The notes under the pieces were generated by a model. It was not told where the DNA came from and ran no database searches. It saw nothing but the letters and a program-made list of their open reading frames with translations. DNA of 64,000 bases, from IMG/VR virus record IMGVR_UViG_3300021976_000010, positions 12,975 to 76,974 of that record, one strand, 5' to 3'. How positions within the stretch are numbered: position 1 is the first letter of the stretch; every line of letters begins with the position of its first letter. This stretch comes from a virus. Below are positions 54,714 through 64,000 of the stretch, one piece after another. Position numbers and translations under genes: made by a program.

Positions 54714-55412
54714 ATGGCAAAGGCTACGCTCAAGAAGACTGTGGATGTCAACAACGAATGGCTGTGGATGCAGAACATGAACGACAAGGACCGGTGGTCC
54801 ACGACTCGCATTCCAGACGGCGACCTTCATGCGCCATACATCAAGCGAATGTCGAAGAACTCGAACGGTACATGGTCGTTCTACGTGTATCGCAATCAGA
54901 AGTGCATTGGTGCTATCATCGACAAGAGCACCGAGAAGGGCCTCGAGCTGGCCAAGGCCAAGGCCAAGCACGGCAAGCCCGATCCCAAGATAGCGGCCGA
55001 CTACAAGAAGCTCACCGAGTACGTCGACGGTAAGACCCGCGACGCCGAGCTGTTCAAGGCGCTCAGCGAGGTCAACCAGCGTACTGTCGCGGACGTTTTC
55101 CCATGGGCCATGCCGACGAGCAGGGCCATGGAGGCCAAGGGTGTGAAGCACGTGCCCACGAAACGCACCGATCTACAGGGTGGTCGCGAGAAGGCCGCCG
55201 CGAAGTCGGGCAAGTTCAACATGGACGCCACGATCAAGCGTGTCAAGAAGGAGCCCAATCCCAAGAAGGCTGGGTCTGTTCAACACGCGCGCTGGGAAGT
55301 GGTGTTCGCCATGGACGGCAAGACCGTTCGCGAGTTCTTCGCCAAGGGCGGTGACAAGTACGGCATCGAGGGCGCGCTCGAGGCGGGCTGGGTTACGCTG
55401 GTTGAGGCGTGA
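54714..55412 (+). CDS. Basic protein with C-terminal 'NPKK.GS...R...GKTV.EF' domain
   Basis: GGAG RBS; the C-terminus aligns by eye with the 49661 and 61282 products. Confidence 0.7.
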   Translation: MAKATLKKTVDVNNEWLWMQNMNDKDRWSTTRIPDGDLHAPYIKRMSKNSNGTWSFYVYRNQKCIGAIIDKSTEKGLELAKAKAKHGKPDPKIAADYKKLTEYVDGKTRDAELFKALSEVNQRTVADVFPWAMPTSRAMEAKGVKHVPTKRTDLQGGREKAAAKSGKFNMDATIKRVKKEPNPKKAGSVQHARWEVVFAMDGKTVREFFAKGGDKYGIEGALEAGWVTLVEA

Positions 55413-55415
55413 CAC

Positions 55416-55622
55416 ATGAGCATGCAGTGGGTCAGGGATCGGTATCGCGTGCCTGCCAAGCGCGGCGGGCGCGTTGAGTACACGGGTGAGGAGAAACCGC
55501 AGCTCGGCACGATACGCAGCGCCAGCGGCGGGCACCTGAACATCCAGCTCGACGGCGTCAAGCACACCATGCCGTTCCATCCGGAGTGGTGTCTGCGCTA
55601 TCTCGAGGTGAAGAAGCCATGA
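55416..55622 (+). CDS. Small SH3-like phage protein
   Basis: Y.VPAKRGGRVEY...G.I......L.I.LDG....PFHP.W motif. Confidence 0.65.
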   Translation: MSMQWVRDRYRVPAKRGGRVEYTGEEKPQLGTIRSASGGHLNIQLDGVKHTMPFHPEWCLRYLEVKKP

Positions 55623-56171
55623 ACTGGTTGGAAATGCAGCCCGGGAAGTTTCAGTGGGAGCCGGCCCCGGGCAAGGTCTACACGTGCACTCGCGTGAGCA
55701 ATCACTATAAGGGTACGCGTCACTTCGCGCGCCTCAACGGCACCACACTAGGCACCACTCAGCAGCCCATGTTCATGGGGTCGCTCGACAAGTGCAAAGA
55801 GTTGTGCGAGAAACATCACCAGATGAACAGCATGGGAGGAGAGGCACCGTGAGGCATCCACCAAACGAAACACCGTTCATGCCTATGACGCGCAAGCGCA
55901 AGGCGAAGCCGGCATACTACACGCGACGCATGGTGACTGGACAGCGCACCCTGCCCGTCACAGTCACGATCGCGGTGCGACCTCTCATCAAGCGGCGCGG
56001 TCCCCCGGCTATCGGCTCGTGCTGTTTCGACGAGCAAGACCGGTTGATCTATGTCACGGCCAATCCCGCCATTCGCACGTTCACGTGGCATCGCGTGCTC
56101 ACCGACGGCACGTTGTCACGCGAGAGCTACACCGGGATGCTCGTCGCCGAACCGACAGGCGGGGGATAGGC

Positions 56172-56522
56172 GTGCCGCGTGGACTAGCACGGGCCAAGCG
56201 CATTCGCGAGAGGATAGCGGCTGCACGCAAGGACCCCAATGTCGTTATCATCGGCAACCGCAATATCTTCATTCGGCACGAGCGCACTGATACGTGTGCT
56301 ACGCCCGGGTGCGGCAAGGAATTCAGTTACGTCATGACCACGCGACGGCATCAGTATTGCCCGGAGTGCAAGGTCGTGCGTGAGTCGGCACGTCGCAAGC
56401 GTGCACACGAAAACGTGAAAAAGAAATTGGCGGCACAACCTGCCGTCGATAAGCCGCGTCTTGTTCGCTTCGCGGGCTATGATCCAAGCGAACGTCCACT
56501 AGAGGAGTACCAAGATGCCTAG
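56172..56522 (+). CDS. Zinc-binding basic protein
   Basis: C...GCGK.F...YCPEC motif. Confidence 0.55.
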   Translation: MPRGLARAKRIRERIAAARKDPNVVIIGNRNIFIRHERTDTCATPGCGKEFSYVMTTRRHQYCPECKVVRESARRKRAHENVKKKLAAQPAVDKPRLVRFAGYDPSERPLEEYQDA

Positions 56523-56883
56523 GTCACCGGAAGAAATCGATCGCGTCATCGGCCTGCGGGTTCGACAGGCGCGGCTCGATATCGACATGTCGCAGCAGAA
56601 GCTTGGCGACGCACTCGGCCTGTCGTTCCAACAGGTGCAGAAGTACGAGAAGGGTATGAACCGCATCGCGACCTCGACACTGGTCACGATCGCGACCGCG
56701 CTTCAGCGGCCCATATCGTACTTCGTCGACGAGCCGAAGTACAAGAAGAACACCAAGGGCGAGGAGGCCGCAGAATTTGCGGCGTCGCGCGTTGGCGTCG
56801 ATCTCATCGCCGCCGCCATGGAGCTCAGGCCAGTCATGCAGAAGCGGCTGGTTGATATGGTCAAGGCAATGCACGCCGCATAA
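56515..56883 (+). CDS. XRE-family HTH transcriptional regulator (alphaproteobacterial type)
   Basis: ID..IG.R.R..R....MSQ.KLG.ALGLSFQQVQKYEKG.NRI. Confidence 0.92.
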   Translation: MPRSPEEIDRVIGLRVRQARLDIDMSQQKLGDALGLSFQQVQKYEKGMNRIATSTLVTIATALQRPISYFVDEPKYKKNTKGEEAAEFAASRVGVDLIAAAMELRPVMQKRLVDMVKAMHAA

Positions 56884-56925
56884 GTGCGGCGAACTGCTCA
56901 ACATCAAACTGTGGAAGGGAATACA

Positions 56926-57309
56926 GTGGTCAAGCCATTGAAGATGATGCTCGAGATTGAGGAGGCCGCCTTCGGGCGCGTGTTCCGAACTCTCGATGGA
57001 ATGCCCGGGGTCGTGTCGCTCATGCCTATCGGCGATGGACCCAAGGCCGCCAAGGGTAAGGCGGGCAAGAAGGGCAAGGGCGGGACAGTCTACTGTCTCG
57101 TGCTCAAGGCGCTGATCGAGGCTGGCAAGCCGGTCAACCGTGATGCGCTGCGCAACGTGCTCGCGGACCATGGCAGGGCGGCAACGTCTCTGCCTGACGC
57201 ACTCTCCAAGATGAAGAAGGCCAAGCACATCACCGTGAAGTCGGCGATGTATTCTATAACCCCGATGGGTCGTAAGCACTACGATACCTCATGTCCTGTG
57301 GAGGATTGA
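56926..57309 (+). CDS. Putative winged-helix DNA-binding protein
   Basis: L..M.K...I......Y.IT..G wHTH-like C-terminus. Confidence 0.5.
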   Translation: MVKPLKMMLEIEEAAFGRVFRTLDGMPGVVSLMPIGDGPKAAKGKAGKKGKGGTVYCLVLKALIEAGKPVNRDALRNVLADHGRAATSLPDALSKMKKAKHITVKSAMYSITPMGRKHYDTSCPVED

Positions 57310-57719
57310 AATTGACTGTCATCAAGCGAACACTGCGCACGTATCGGTTCATGGACAAGGATCCGGTCAAAGACAAGCTGCAGACCGCGCTTCAAGACGC
57401 GGGCTTGTTCTCGAAGAAGGGGCTGCGACAGGCCGCCGTGTTGGCGAACCTGTCGTACGCCACGCTGGACAACCTGTTCTATGGTGATACGCGGCGGCCG
57501 CAGAATGCGACGGTCGATGGGCTGCTCACTGCCATCGGCTACGAGCGTATCATCAGGAAGGTGCGCACTATCAAGGATCTCGACGCCGAACTCGCCGAGG
57601 CCCGGGCTTGGAACAAGAAGGAGGACGCGCGCGTTGCCAAGCTCAACAATAAGCAACCGCGCAAGCGCAAGAAGCGCGCGGCCAAGAAGGGCAGGCCAAA
57701 TCTGCGTCTCGTGGCATAA
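57306..57719 (+). CDS. Putative HTH DNA-binding protein
   Basis: A...NLSYATL.N.FYG.TRRPQ..TV pattern; start codon uncertain. Confidence 0.6.
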   Translation: MKLTVIKRTLRTYRFMDKDPVKDKLQTALQDAGLFSKKGLRQAAVLANLSYATLDNLFYGDTRRPQNATVDGLLTAIGYERIIRKVRTIKDLDAELAEARAWNKKEDARVAKLNNKQPRKRKKRAAKKGRPNLRLVA

Positions 57720-57721
57720 GC

Positions 57722-58105
57722 ATGTCCATGTTCTACGTCGGTCAGCCGGTCATCTGTATCGACGACGAAATCAAGCCTGTGGTGGCACGTCTGTTTCCAC
57801 AGGTGAAGAACTGGCCTGTCAAGGGTCACACGTACACCATTCGGCGCAACATGAGAATTCTCACGCGCACGAAGGGTGGATGGGTGCCCTTGACGTTCGT
57901 TCTTGTGCGGGAGCTGACCAACCCGCGTATCATGTGGATGTCCGGCCGCGTTGCAGAGGCCGGGTTCCACGAGGTTCGGTTCGTGCCCGCCACGAACATC
58001 GGTGACCTCACCAAGGTTGCCAAGCAAGTCACGCTCTACATGGGCAATGACGGCGAGGAAGAGAAACGGCGCAAGGTGCCACAACGCAAGAAGGAGGACG
58101 CATGA
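57722..58105 (+). CDS. Hypothetical phage protein
   Basis: F.VGQ.V.CIDD...G..YTIR motif. Confidence 0.6.
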   Translation: MSMFYVGQPVICIDDEIKPVVARLFPQVKNWPVKGHTYTIRRNMRILTRTKGGWVPLTFVLVRELTNPRIMWMSGRVAEAGFHEVRFVPATNIGDLTKVAKQVTLYMGNDGEEEKRRKVPQRKKEDA

Positions 58106-59229
58106 ACTACGCAGACGTGAACATTGCAAACGATCTGCTTCGCGAGACGTACCGCAGTCCAAGCAAGTCGTACGTCTCGCAGCTATTGAACAGGTCACTG
58201 ACCTCGATTCGCAGTGCGGTGGTCAACGCAAAGCGATTCACGCTCGACGACAGCATGAGTGAGTTCCTCGCCGAACTCTCGCGCGTGCCGTTCACCGTGG
58301 CGCAGGAGAGATTTCCAGACGTTCTCGAATCTCTCCGGCACTCTGCGGTTCCACCGTTTGAGAATATGTTCATACAGGTGAACAACCGCGCGTTTCGGCG
58401 AGGGCTGCGCAAGTCGCCGAGTGTCATCGACTCGTGGCAGCAGGAACTCATTCACGAGGATCACCAGGAACTAATCAGCGAGGTGGGCTGGCTCATTCAG
58501 ACAAAGGAGGGCCAGCCCGAGGTCATGATGACAGAGTTCTTCTACTCCGACGAGGGTGCTCTCATGTGTCCCCCGTTCTCGTGGTGGTATCGAACCAACG
58601 ATGTTGGCTGGAAGGAGGATGAACTCACCAGTGTCGACGGCGGTATGTTCGCACACGGCATTCACGGCTTTCGCGATCCATGTGTTGCCGTGCGCTATTC
58701 GAGGCCGCTGACAGACTTCCCACCAAATCAGGTGCATGAAGTAGGAAGGCCGGGGGATGCGTTCAACTTCAAGATCCATTTCACGGTCGCGGAGTATGGT
58801 AGCACGCTTCGGTATCTGTTTGCATTCTTGGCCACGCTGAACAGCATTCCGAAGATATCGACCGAGATTCGCAGCACCAAGCACTTCATCGGCGGTGGGC
58901 AGCGGCGCAAGTATCTCGACCACACGAACCTGACACTACGACTGCCGGCGAAGCAGTCGTCGACTCAGCTTGCGAAGCGCCTGATAGCGCAGGCCCGTCG
59001 CGGCTGGCACATCGTGCGCCCTCACTGGCGTATATCACACGAGCGGCTCGGCGGCAACTATTGCAAGCGACGAGAGGAGCACATCTGGGGCGTCACCGAC
59101 GATGGTGGTCACGCCACGTGCAAGCAATGCGACGCGCGCCGCGTCTGGATAAGACTGCCGAACGGAAGAGGAGATCCAACACTCTCCGTTCGTACTCACG
59201 AATACAGTGTCACTCACAGGAGAAGGTAA
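58102..59229 (+). CDS. Conserved phage protein with H.VR.HWR motif
   Basis: GGAGG RBS; C-terminal HIVRPHWR...WI....RGD. Confidence 0.7.
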   Translation: MNYADVNIANDLLRETYRSPSKSYVSQLLNRSLTSIRSAVVNAKRFTLDDSMSEFLAELSRVPFTVAQERFPDVLESLRHSAVPPFENMFIQVNNRAFRRGLRKSPSVIDSWQQELIHEDHQELISEVGWLIQTKEGQPEVMMTEFFYSDEGALMCPPFSWWYRTNDVGWKEDELTSVDGGMFAHGIHGFRDPCVAVRYSRPLTDFPPNQVHEVGRPGDAFNFKIHFTVAEYGSTLRYLFAFLATLNSIPKISTEIRSTKHFIGGGQRRKYLDHTNLTLRLPAKQSSTQLAKRLIAQARRGWHIVRPHWRISHERLGGNYCKRREEHIWGVTDDGGHATCKQCDARRVWIRLPNGRGDPTLSVRTHEYSVTHRRR

Positions 59230-59233
59230 GGAA

Positions 59234-59782
59234 ATGACAATACCACAGATGCGTGTCAATCGTATCGACACGATGGATGAACATCGCAGTGCGTTCGAGC
59301 TTGCGAACCATCCTCTCGAGGGCTCCGTCGTCATGCTTTCGGACAATGGCATCACGGTCTCGCCAATCGAGGAGACCTACACGCTGACCGAGAGCCGGCT
59401 CGGCACCGTGCACATCAACATCACCGGCATCAAGCAGGGACTGGGCAGTGGTGCAATACCGTTCACCATGTATCGCGCTGAGGCGACGCAGGAGTGGCAC
59501 GACTACACCATGCAGTCGAGTGGTGTTGAAGAGGAGGGTATCGCGCGGCTAAAGCCTGCCGATCTCAAGAGACCGGCCATCTGCATCGTGTGGCGGCAAG
59601 ACTTCTCGCACACCACGTTCGTCGACGGGAACCACCGTATCTGCAGACGCTGGCGCGATGGCCTCACGACGTTCGACTTTGCCATGGTGATCTATCCGGA
59701 CGTCATGCCGTTCGTACGCAAGGCCAGCCCGCGCGACGAACAGATGTTAAACATCAGCGACTTCGTCAGGAGGTTGCGGTGA
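59234..59782 (+). CDS. ParB/Sulfiredoxin-like domain protein
   Basis: P.I......VDGNHR motif. Confidence 0.55.
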   Translation: MTIPQMRVNRIDTMDEHRSAFELANHPLEGSVVMLSDNGITVSPIEETYTLTESRLGTVHINITGIKQGLGSGAIPFTMYRAEATQEWHDYTMQSSGVEEEGIARLKPADLKRPAICIVWRQDFSHTTFVDGNHRICRRWRDGLTTFDFAMVIYPDVMPFVRKASPRDEQMLNISDFVRRLR

Positions 59783-59997
59783 GCAAAGGTGAATTCAGCG
59801 TGTACGTCTGGGCTGCGGATGGCACGTATTGGTGCGAACAGAAGTTCGTTGATGCCGAGACCGCCGTGAAGACGGCTAAGTCGCAGTCGAGCAACGTGGC
59901 CGCGAGAGCCGGCCTCACGAAGAAGATCATGATCACCGACGGTGGCGACAGCTGCGTCTTCGAGTGGCAGTACGGAAAGGGCGTGGTGCATGGCTAA
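59779..59997 (+). CDS. Small conserved phage protein
   Basis: ITDGGD...FEW..GKG motif; GTGA overlap. Confidence 0.6.
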   Translation: MSKGEFSVYVWAADGTYWCEQKFVDAETAVKTAKSQSSNVAARAGLTKKIMITDGGDSCVFEWQYGKGVVHG

Positions 59998-60420
59998 GAA
60001 GCGCGAACGCGACCCACTCAAGGCCATCAAGGTGGACATGGGCGGTGGCCCCGACCCCATGCACCCGGTCTGGTCTGCCTGCGACAACCTCGTCGAGGCA
60101 TGGGAGAAACTGGAAGGCGGGCGCAATCACTCGGTGAGTGCGATAGAACACTGGCTCGCCGTTCACATGTCACCAGCTATCAACAGAGCGCGCAAGGCGC
60201 TGGGAAGGAAGGCACCAAATGAGTGACAGTATTCTCGAGGCCAACGAGAAGGCCATGGCACGCTATCGACGTGCCGTTGTCATCGAGCTCAATGCCGATG
60301 ACGACCTTCACGTCACGATCGAGGGTGAGCACACCGTCAACGATATCACTACATGGCGGTTGGCTCTCGCTGCCATGCTCGAACGCAGCAAGACACTTCA
60401 CGCCGCAATGGAGGCACTCG

Positions 60421-61182
60421 ATGTCAAGTTTGAAACCCACTGATCTCAACGCATCTATCCGCGCGATACCGCTGCCCGCCAACATGCTGGACCGCCCGGT
60501 CTCGAGGCAGGGCTATCCCGTGCCGTTCTTCGCTGGCAAGGTGGACGGCGAATGGGACTTCCGCGTGGTGCATCCCGAGACGACCATTCGGTGCATCAGG
60601 GAGAAACTGTGCTGGGTCTGCGGGAAACCCATGGGCAGCAAGAAGGCCTTCGTCGTCGGTCCCATGTGTGTTATCACGAGAACTAGCGCCGAGCCGCCGT
60701 CGCACTATTCGTGCGGGGTGTACGCCGCTATCGCGTGCCCGTTTCTCGCCAGTCCGCGTATGAAGCGCAACGCCGCCGACCTGCCGGAAGGGCACACTCC
60801 TCCGGCTGGACAGGCTATCATGCGGAACCCGGGCTGCGCAGCGGTGCTGGTCACGCGGTCGTACAGGCCGTTCAACGACGGGCAGGGTGGTCTACTCATC
60901 GAGATGGGCAGGCCCGAGGCCGTCGAGTGGTACGCCAAGCGCGGCCACGCCACGTTCACCGACGTCATGACGAGCATCGAGTCTGGCATCGGCACGCTCT
61001 GGGATCACTGCGACAAGGAGATTGACACCGCTACTCAAGTAGAAGCACGACACGAACTTGGAATACGGCTCGCGAATACACTGCGATGGCTGCCGGCTCC
61101 CAGTGACGAGGAACTACTCACCGCGTCGCAGAGCATCGCCGACATCGTCAGTCCCCCGCTCACGCCTCCGGTTGCCGAGTAG
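60421..61182 (+). CDS. Zinc-binding conserved phage protein
   Basis: GYPVPFF, LCWVCG, EPP.H..C and ACPFL motifs; GGAGG RBS. Confidence 0.7.
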   Translation: MSSLKPTDLNASIRAIPLPANMLDRPVSRQGYPVPFFAGKVDGEWDFRVVHPETTIRCIREKLCWVCGKPMGSKKAFVVGPMCVITRTSAEPPSHYSCGVYAAIACPFLASPRMKRNAADLPEGHTPPAGQAIMRNPGCAAVLVTRSYRPFNDGQGGLLIEMGRPEAVEWYAKRGHATFTDVMTSIESGIGTLWDHCDKEIDTATQVEARHELGIRLANTLRWLPAPSDEELLTASQSIADIVSPPLTPPVAE

Positions 61183-61208
61183 CCGGGGGAACACGCTGGG
61201 ATACACAA

Positions 61209-61238
61209 TTGCGCGGACATCCCGTCCGTGTATATAAT
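61209..61238 (+). promoter_or_regulatory. Sigma70-like promoter
   Basis: TTGCGC-N18-TATAAT upstream of 61282. Confidence 0.6.
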
Positions 61239-61281
61239 GGCAGTCCCCACAAGGATGGGGCAAAGTAACAGGAACTAACCC

Positions 61282-61995
61282 ATGAAGGACGTCAAGGACT
61301 GGTCTGCGGCTATCACAGGCATTGCCGATCTCGACAATGATGCCACGCTCTCGCTCTACAGCGAGATACTGGCAACCGCGCATGACATCGGTTACAAGGT
61401 GCCTGACCAGCAATTGATCGAGACGGAGGATGCGACGAAGCTCAGGGCTGTCATGCCCGCGCTTCACGAGGGTCTGATCAAGTTCCACGCAGCGGCCAAG
61501 GCCGATGCGGCGAGAAAGGCAGCGGAGGCCGCGAAGGCACCGAAGCCCGTCAAGAAGACGGCCGCGAAGAAGGCCGTGACTACTGCACCGACGAAGCCCG
61601 TCAAGAAGACGGCGCAGAAGGGCGCATCCACAACGGAGAAGACTGCTATGGCTACCGAGAAAGCTGTGAAGGCACCGGCGAAGAAGGCCGTTGCGAAGAA
61701 GGCCGCGAAGGCACCGGCGAAGAAGGCCGTTGCGAAGAAGGGCGCGAAGAAGGCTGCGACCGCCAACGCGCGCACGCCTGTCGTGAAGAACCAGTTCGGC
61801 GAGAAGGCGGTCATCAAGGTGTTGACCAAGGAGAATCCGGCACGTGCCGACACCGAGCGTGGCAAGCGCATCGCGGTCGTGTACAAGTACCACGGCAAGA
61901 AGGTTGCCGACTTCTACGCGAACGAGAAGCCGCCGTACAACCGCACCGACACGCTGCGGTATCTGATCGACAACGAACACATCTCGATCAAGTAA
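61282..61995 (+). CDS. Histone H1-like Lys/Ala-repeat protein with shared C-terminal domain
   Basis: KAPAKKAVAKK and KPVKKTA repeats; C-terminal IKVL.KENP...R.......GK.V..F domain. Confidence 0.8.
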   Translation: MKDVKDWSAAITGIADLDNDATLSLYSEILATAHDIGYKVPDQQLIETEDATKLRAVMPALHEGLIKFHAAAKADAARKAAEAAKAPKPVKKTAAKKAVTTAPTKPVKKTAQKGASTTEKTAMATEKAVKAPAKKAVAKKAAKAPAKKAVAKKGAKKAATANARTPVVKNQFGEKAVIKVLTKENPARADTERGKRIAVVYKYHGKKVADFYANEKPPYNRTDTLRYLIDNEHISIK

Positions 61996-62023
61996 GCCAC
62001 GCCTACCAGTATCATATCACACA

Positions 62024-62054
62024 GGGGACCGGTTCGCGCCGGTCCCCTTCTTTT
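62024..62054 (+). terminator. Intrinsic terminator
   Basis: GGGGACCGG / CCGGTCCCC stem followed by TTCTTTT. Confidence 0.85.
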
Positions 62055-62070
62055 CACAAAGGAGCTCATC

Positions 62071-62358
62071 ATGAGCAAGACGATTTACAAGTTTCATTTG
62101 AACCCGGGCACGAACGTCGTTCCGATGGCGAAAGGTGCCACGCTGCTCAGCGTGCAGATGCAGAACAATCTCATCACGGTCTGGGCACTGGTGGACAACC
62201 CGGCCGCGGAAAGCATGCGTCATATCATGGTTCTCGGTACGGGATGGGAAGTAGAGGACGTGGAGTCCTCGACCATCATCGCATCGAGGTTCCTCGGAAC
62301 GGTGCAGCTAATGGGCGGTGCGCGCGTGTTTCACGTCTTTGACATCGGAGAAGTATGA
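62071..62358 (+). CDS. Conserved small phage protein
   Basis: TIYK..L...P..A.LLSV..Q.....WALV...GTG...GTV......HVF pattern; AAGGAG RBS. Confidence 0.75.
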   Translation: MSKTIYKFHLNPGTNVVPMAKGATLLSVQMQNNLITVWALVDNPAAESMRHIMVLGTGWEVEDVESSTIIASRFLGTVQLMGGARVFHVFDIGEV

Positions 62359-63325
62359 TGTCGTCGAGGGAATCGGAGCTCATACAGCGGGCCGCCATGG
62401 TGATGAAGGTGCTGCGCCTCATCGCCATGCCCGGCATGGACATGACCGCTGTCAAGCTGAACATGCAGCCGACGCACGACGAGCTGCTCACGGCCACGGC
62501 ATGGCGGGCGGCCTTCGACCAGTGCGGACAGGAGCCTCAGCGCAAGGTGCTTGAAATTGCCGAGCAGCTCGACATCTCCGGGAGGATTCGCAGTGTCTCG
62601 TAAGTCAGAACTCGTTACGCCGCTCAAGACGTTCGCAGATCTTCCCAAGGCCAACTTCCAGCCGCCCGTACCAGACTGGGTCGAGTGGAGCGCACGCGAC
62701 CTGAAGAAAGAGATGCTCAATCAGGCCACGACCACGCTGCGAACGTGGCTCGACGCGCGGCTGGCTGATCTCATTCGCGAGCGTGTGCCCCGGGGCAGTA
62801 TCTCGGTTCACCAGATGGGGGCGCGCACCGTGATTCGCGTGCATGGCGTGGACCGCTTCGAGTTCAAGCTCAAGATCTTCATGGAGGGTCGGTAGCATGG
62901 CATTCGACCTAGACACGTTGACGTGGAGGTTGGTCCACGAGAACGTAGACACGGGCGCAAGGTACTTCAAGTGCGCTGAAGTCGCTAACCTAGTCAAGGC
63001 CGAGATGAAGTGCCCATGCTGCGCCGACATCATGAAGGCGTACAAGGTGGGCGACGAGCAGTTCGACGAGGATATCGTCGCGGCGTCCGTGGAGTTCGCG
63101 CTCGGTCCAACTCTGACGAAACAGTGAGGTCACCATGCAGGTACACTCAGGTGAGCTGCTCTACGTCGAGCAGATCGTGAAGGAGGCCCTGCGGCTGGGC
63201 GCACTCTCGCTCATGAAGCAGACCAACGTGCCGCGCAACCTTGGCAAGACACCCGAGCTGGTTCTTGCCGAGAGCATCATCGCGGCGCATCGCATGCACC
63301 AATCAATGGAAGATGGAGAACCAGC

Positions 63326-63592
63326 ATGACGGCACGTATCTCTGTTCCTATCACTGAGGACGGACGACAGCCCTACACCGAACAGGAGCGCAAGGACATG
63401 GCGGTGCGGGCGCTGCACGACGCTATCCACGATCCAACGTTCGTGTCGAATAGGTGCGGCGACATGGTGGTGCAGAAGGACAACTTCCGCGGCATCGTGC
63501 TCTCGACCTTTGCGGCCCGGGCCATCTGGGAGAAGATGAACATCGTGGTCGCAAACGGCACGGTCATGCCGCGAATCAGCGAAGACTTCTGA
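63326..63592 (+). CDS. Hypothetical protein
   Basis: GGAG RBS; part of a run of coupled small ORFs from 62355 to 63592. Confidence 0.5.
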   Translation: MTARISVPITEDGRQPYTEQERKDMAVRALHDAIHDPTFVSNRCGDMVVQKDNFRGIVLSTFAARAIWEKMNIVVANGTVMPRISEDF

Positions 63593-63624
63593 CCATCATC
63601 AACCTCAAAACTGTGGAGACTACC

Positions 63625-64000
63625 ATGAAGAGCTTTCTACTGCACGAAGACGACGGTGAGCCGGCGGCATGCGTCAAGACCGACGAGCTGCACGCCTTTC
63701 TGCATCCGATCTGCGATCAGGGCACGCCTCACGATTTCGATGGCGGCAATCACGGGCTGACCGTCTCGTTCGTCGTTCATGTCGGCGACACCATGATAAT
63801 GCGTGACGACAACAGCTTCCGGGTGCTGCCCAAGGACAAGCCGGTCGCCATCACTCGCCACGCGTTCCCGATGACACACATGGCCATGCTCGTGGTCGAG
63901 CATGACAACGGCGCGCATCACGTGAACCGCATCGCGGCCGCTGTCGGAGACGAGCAGGCCAAGATCAACCTCGAGCAGTTCGACATGCCATACGCATACG
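63625..64000 (+). CDS. Hypothetical protein, 3'-truncated by the window
   Basis: GGAG RBS and ATG at 63625; frame open to the window end. Confidence 0.55.
   Translation, partial: MKSFLLHEDDGEPAACVKTDELHAFLHPICDQGTPHDFDGGNHGLTVSFVVHVGDTMIMRDDNSFRVLPKDKPVAITRHAFPMTHMAMLVVEHDNGAHHVNRIAAAVGDEQAKINLEQFDMPYAY

Noticed and set aside
5598-61980. Many long minus-strand and alternate-frame ORFs (e.g. 7620-8489, 12642-13808, 43173-44342, 61114-61980)
   Set aside because: They shadow well-supported plus-strand genes, have no recognisable motifs, and are expected in high-GC DNA.
1-64000. Integrated prophage with host flanks
   Set aside because: No integrase, att-like boundary or host housekeeping genes are present, and the whole window reads as phage. 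Lifestyle cannot be settled from a partial genome.

Overview
This 64 kb window is part of a GC-rich tailed dsDNA phage genome, siphovirus-like, with a probable alphaproteobacterial host (inferred from an XRE regulator and a GH108 lysin of alphaproteobacterial type). Terminase, portal and integrase are not visible. All family assignments come from motif recognition by eye, not database searches. There are three modules. (1) About 1-25.5 kb, + strand, virion and lysis: Mu gpF-like head protein, DUF2213 protease/scaffold, DUF2184 major capsid, neck, tail tube, chaperone, tape measure, tail tip and fibres, GH108 endolysin and spanins. A five-gene ATP-grasp/methyltransferase/3x glycosyltransferase cassette sits inside the head operon. 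(2) About 25.9-48.6 kb, replication and nucleotide metabolism: divergent SNF2 helicase, AEP primase, UvrD helicase and family A polymerase. It contains a large putative thymidine-hypermodification cluster (dUMP hydroxymethylase-like enzyme, aGPT-Pplase1, TAGT-like GT-A, two paralogous GT-B, radical SAM/SPASM, UDG-like, HD and MazG-like nucleotidases) with no visible hmU-DNA kinase. (3) About 48.8-64 kb, many small early-type genes behind a long structured leader, with covarying RNase III-like stem-loops, identical 28-nt start-associated repeats and three paralogous basic proteins. A five-copy promoter motif (TTKTTCTGG-N14-nAnnnT) and GC-only repeats bracketing the replication module were also found. 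The best candidates for undescribed systems are the glycan-based DNA hypermodification cluster and the head-operon glycosylation cassette.
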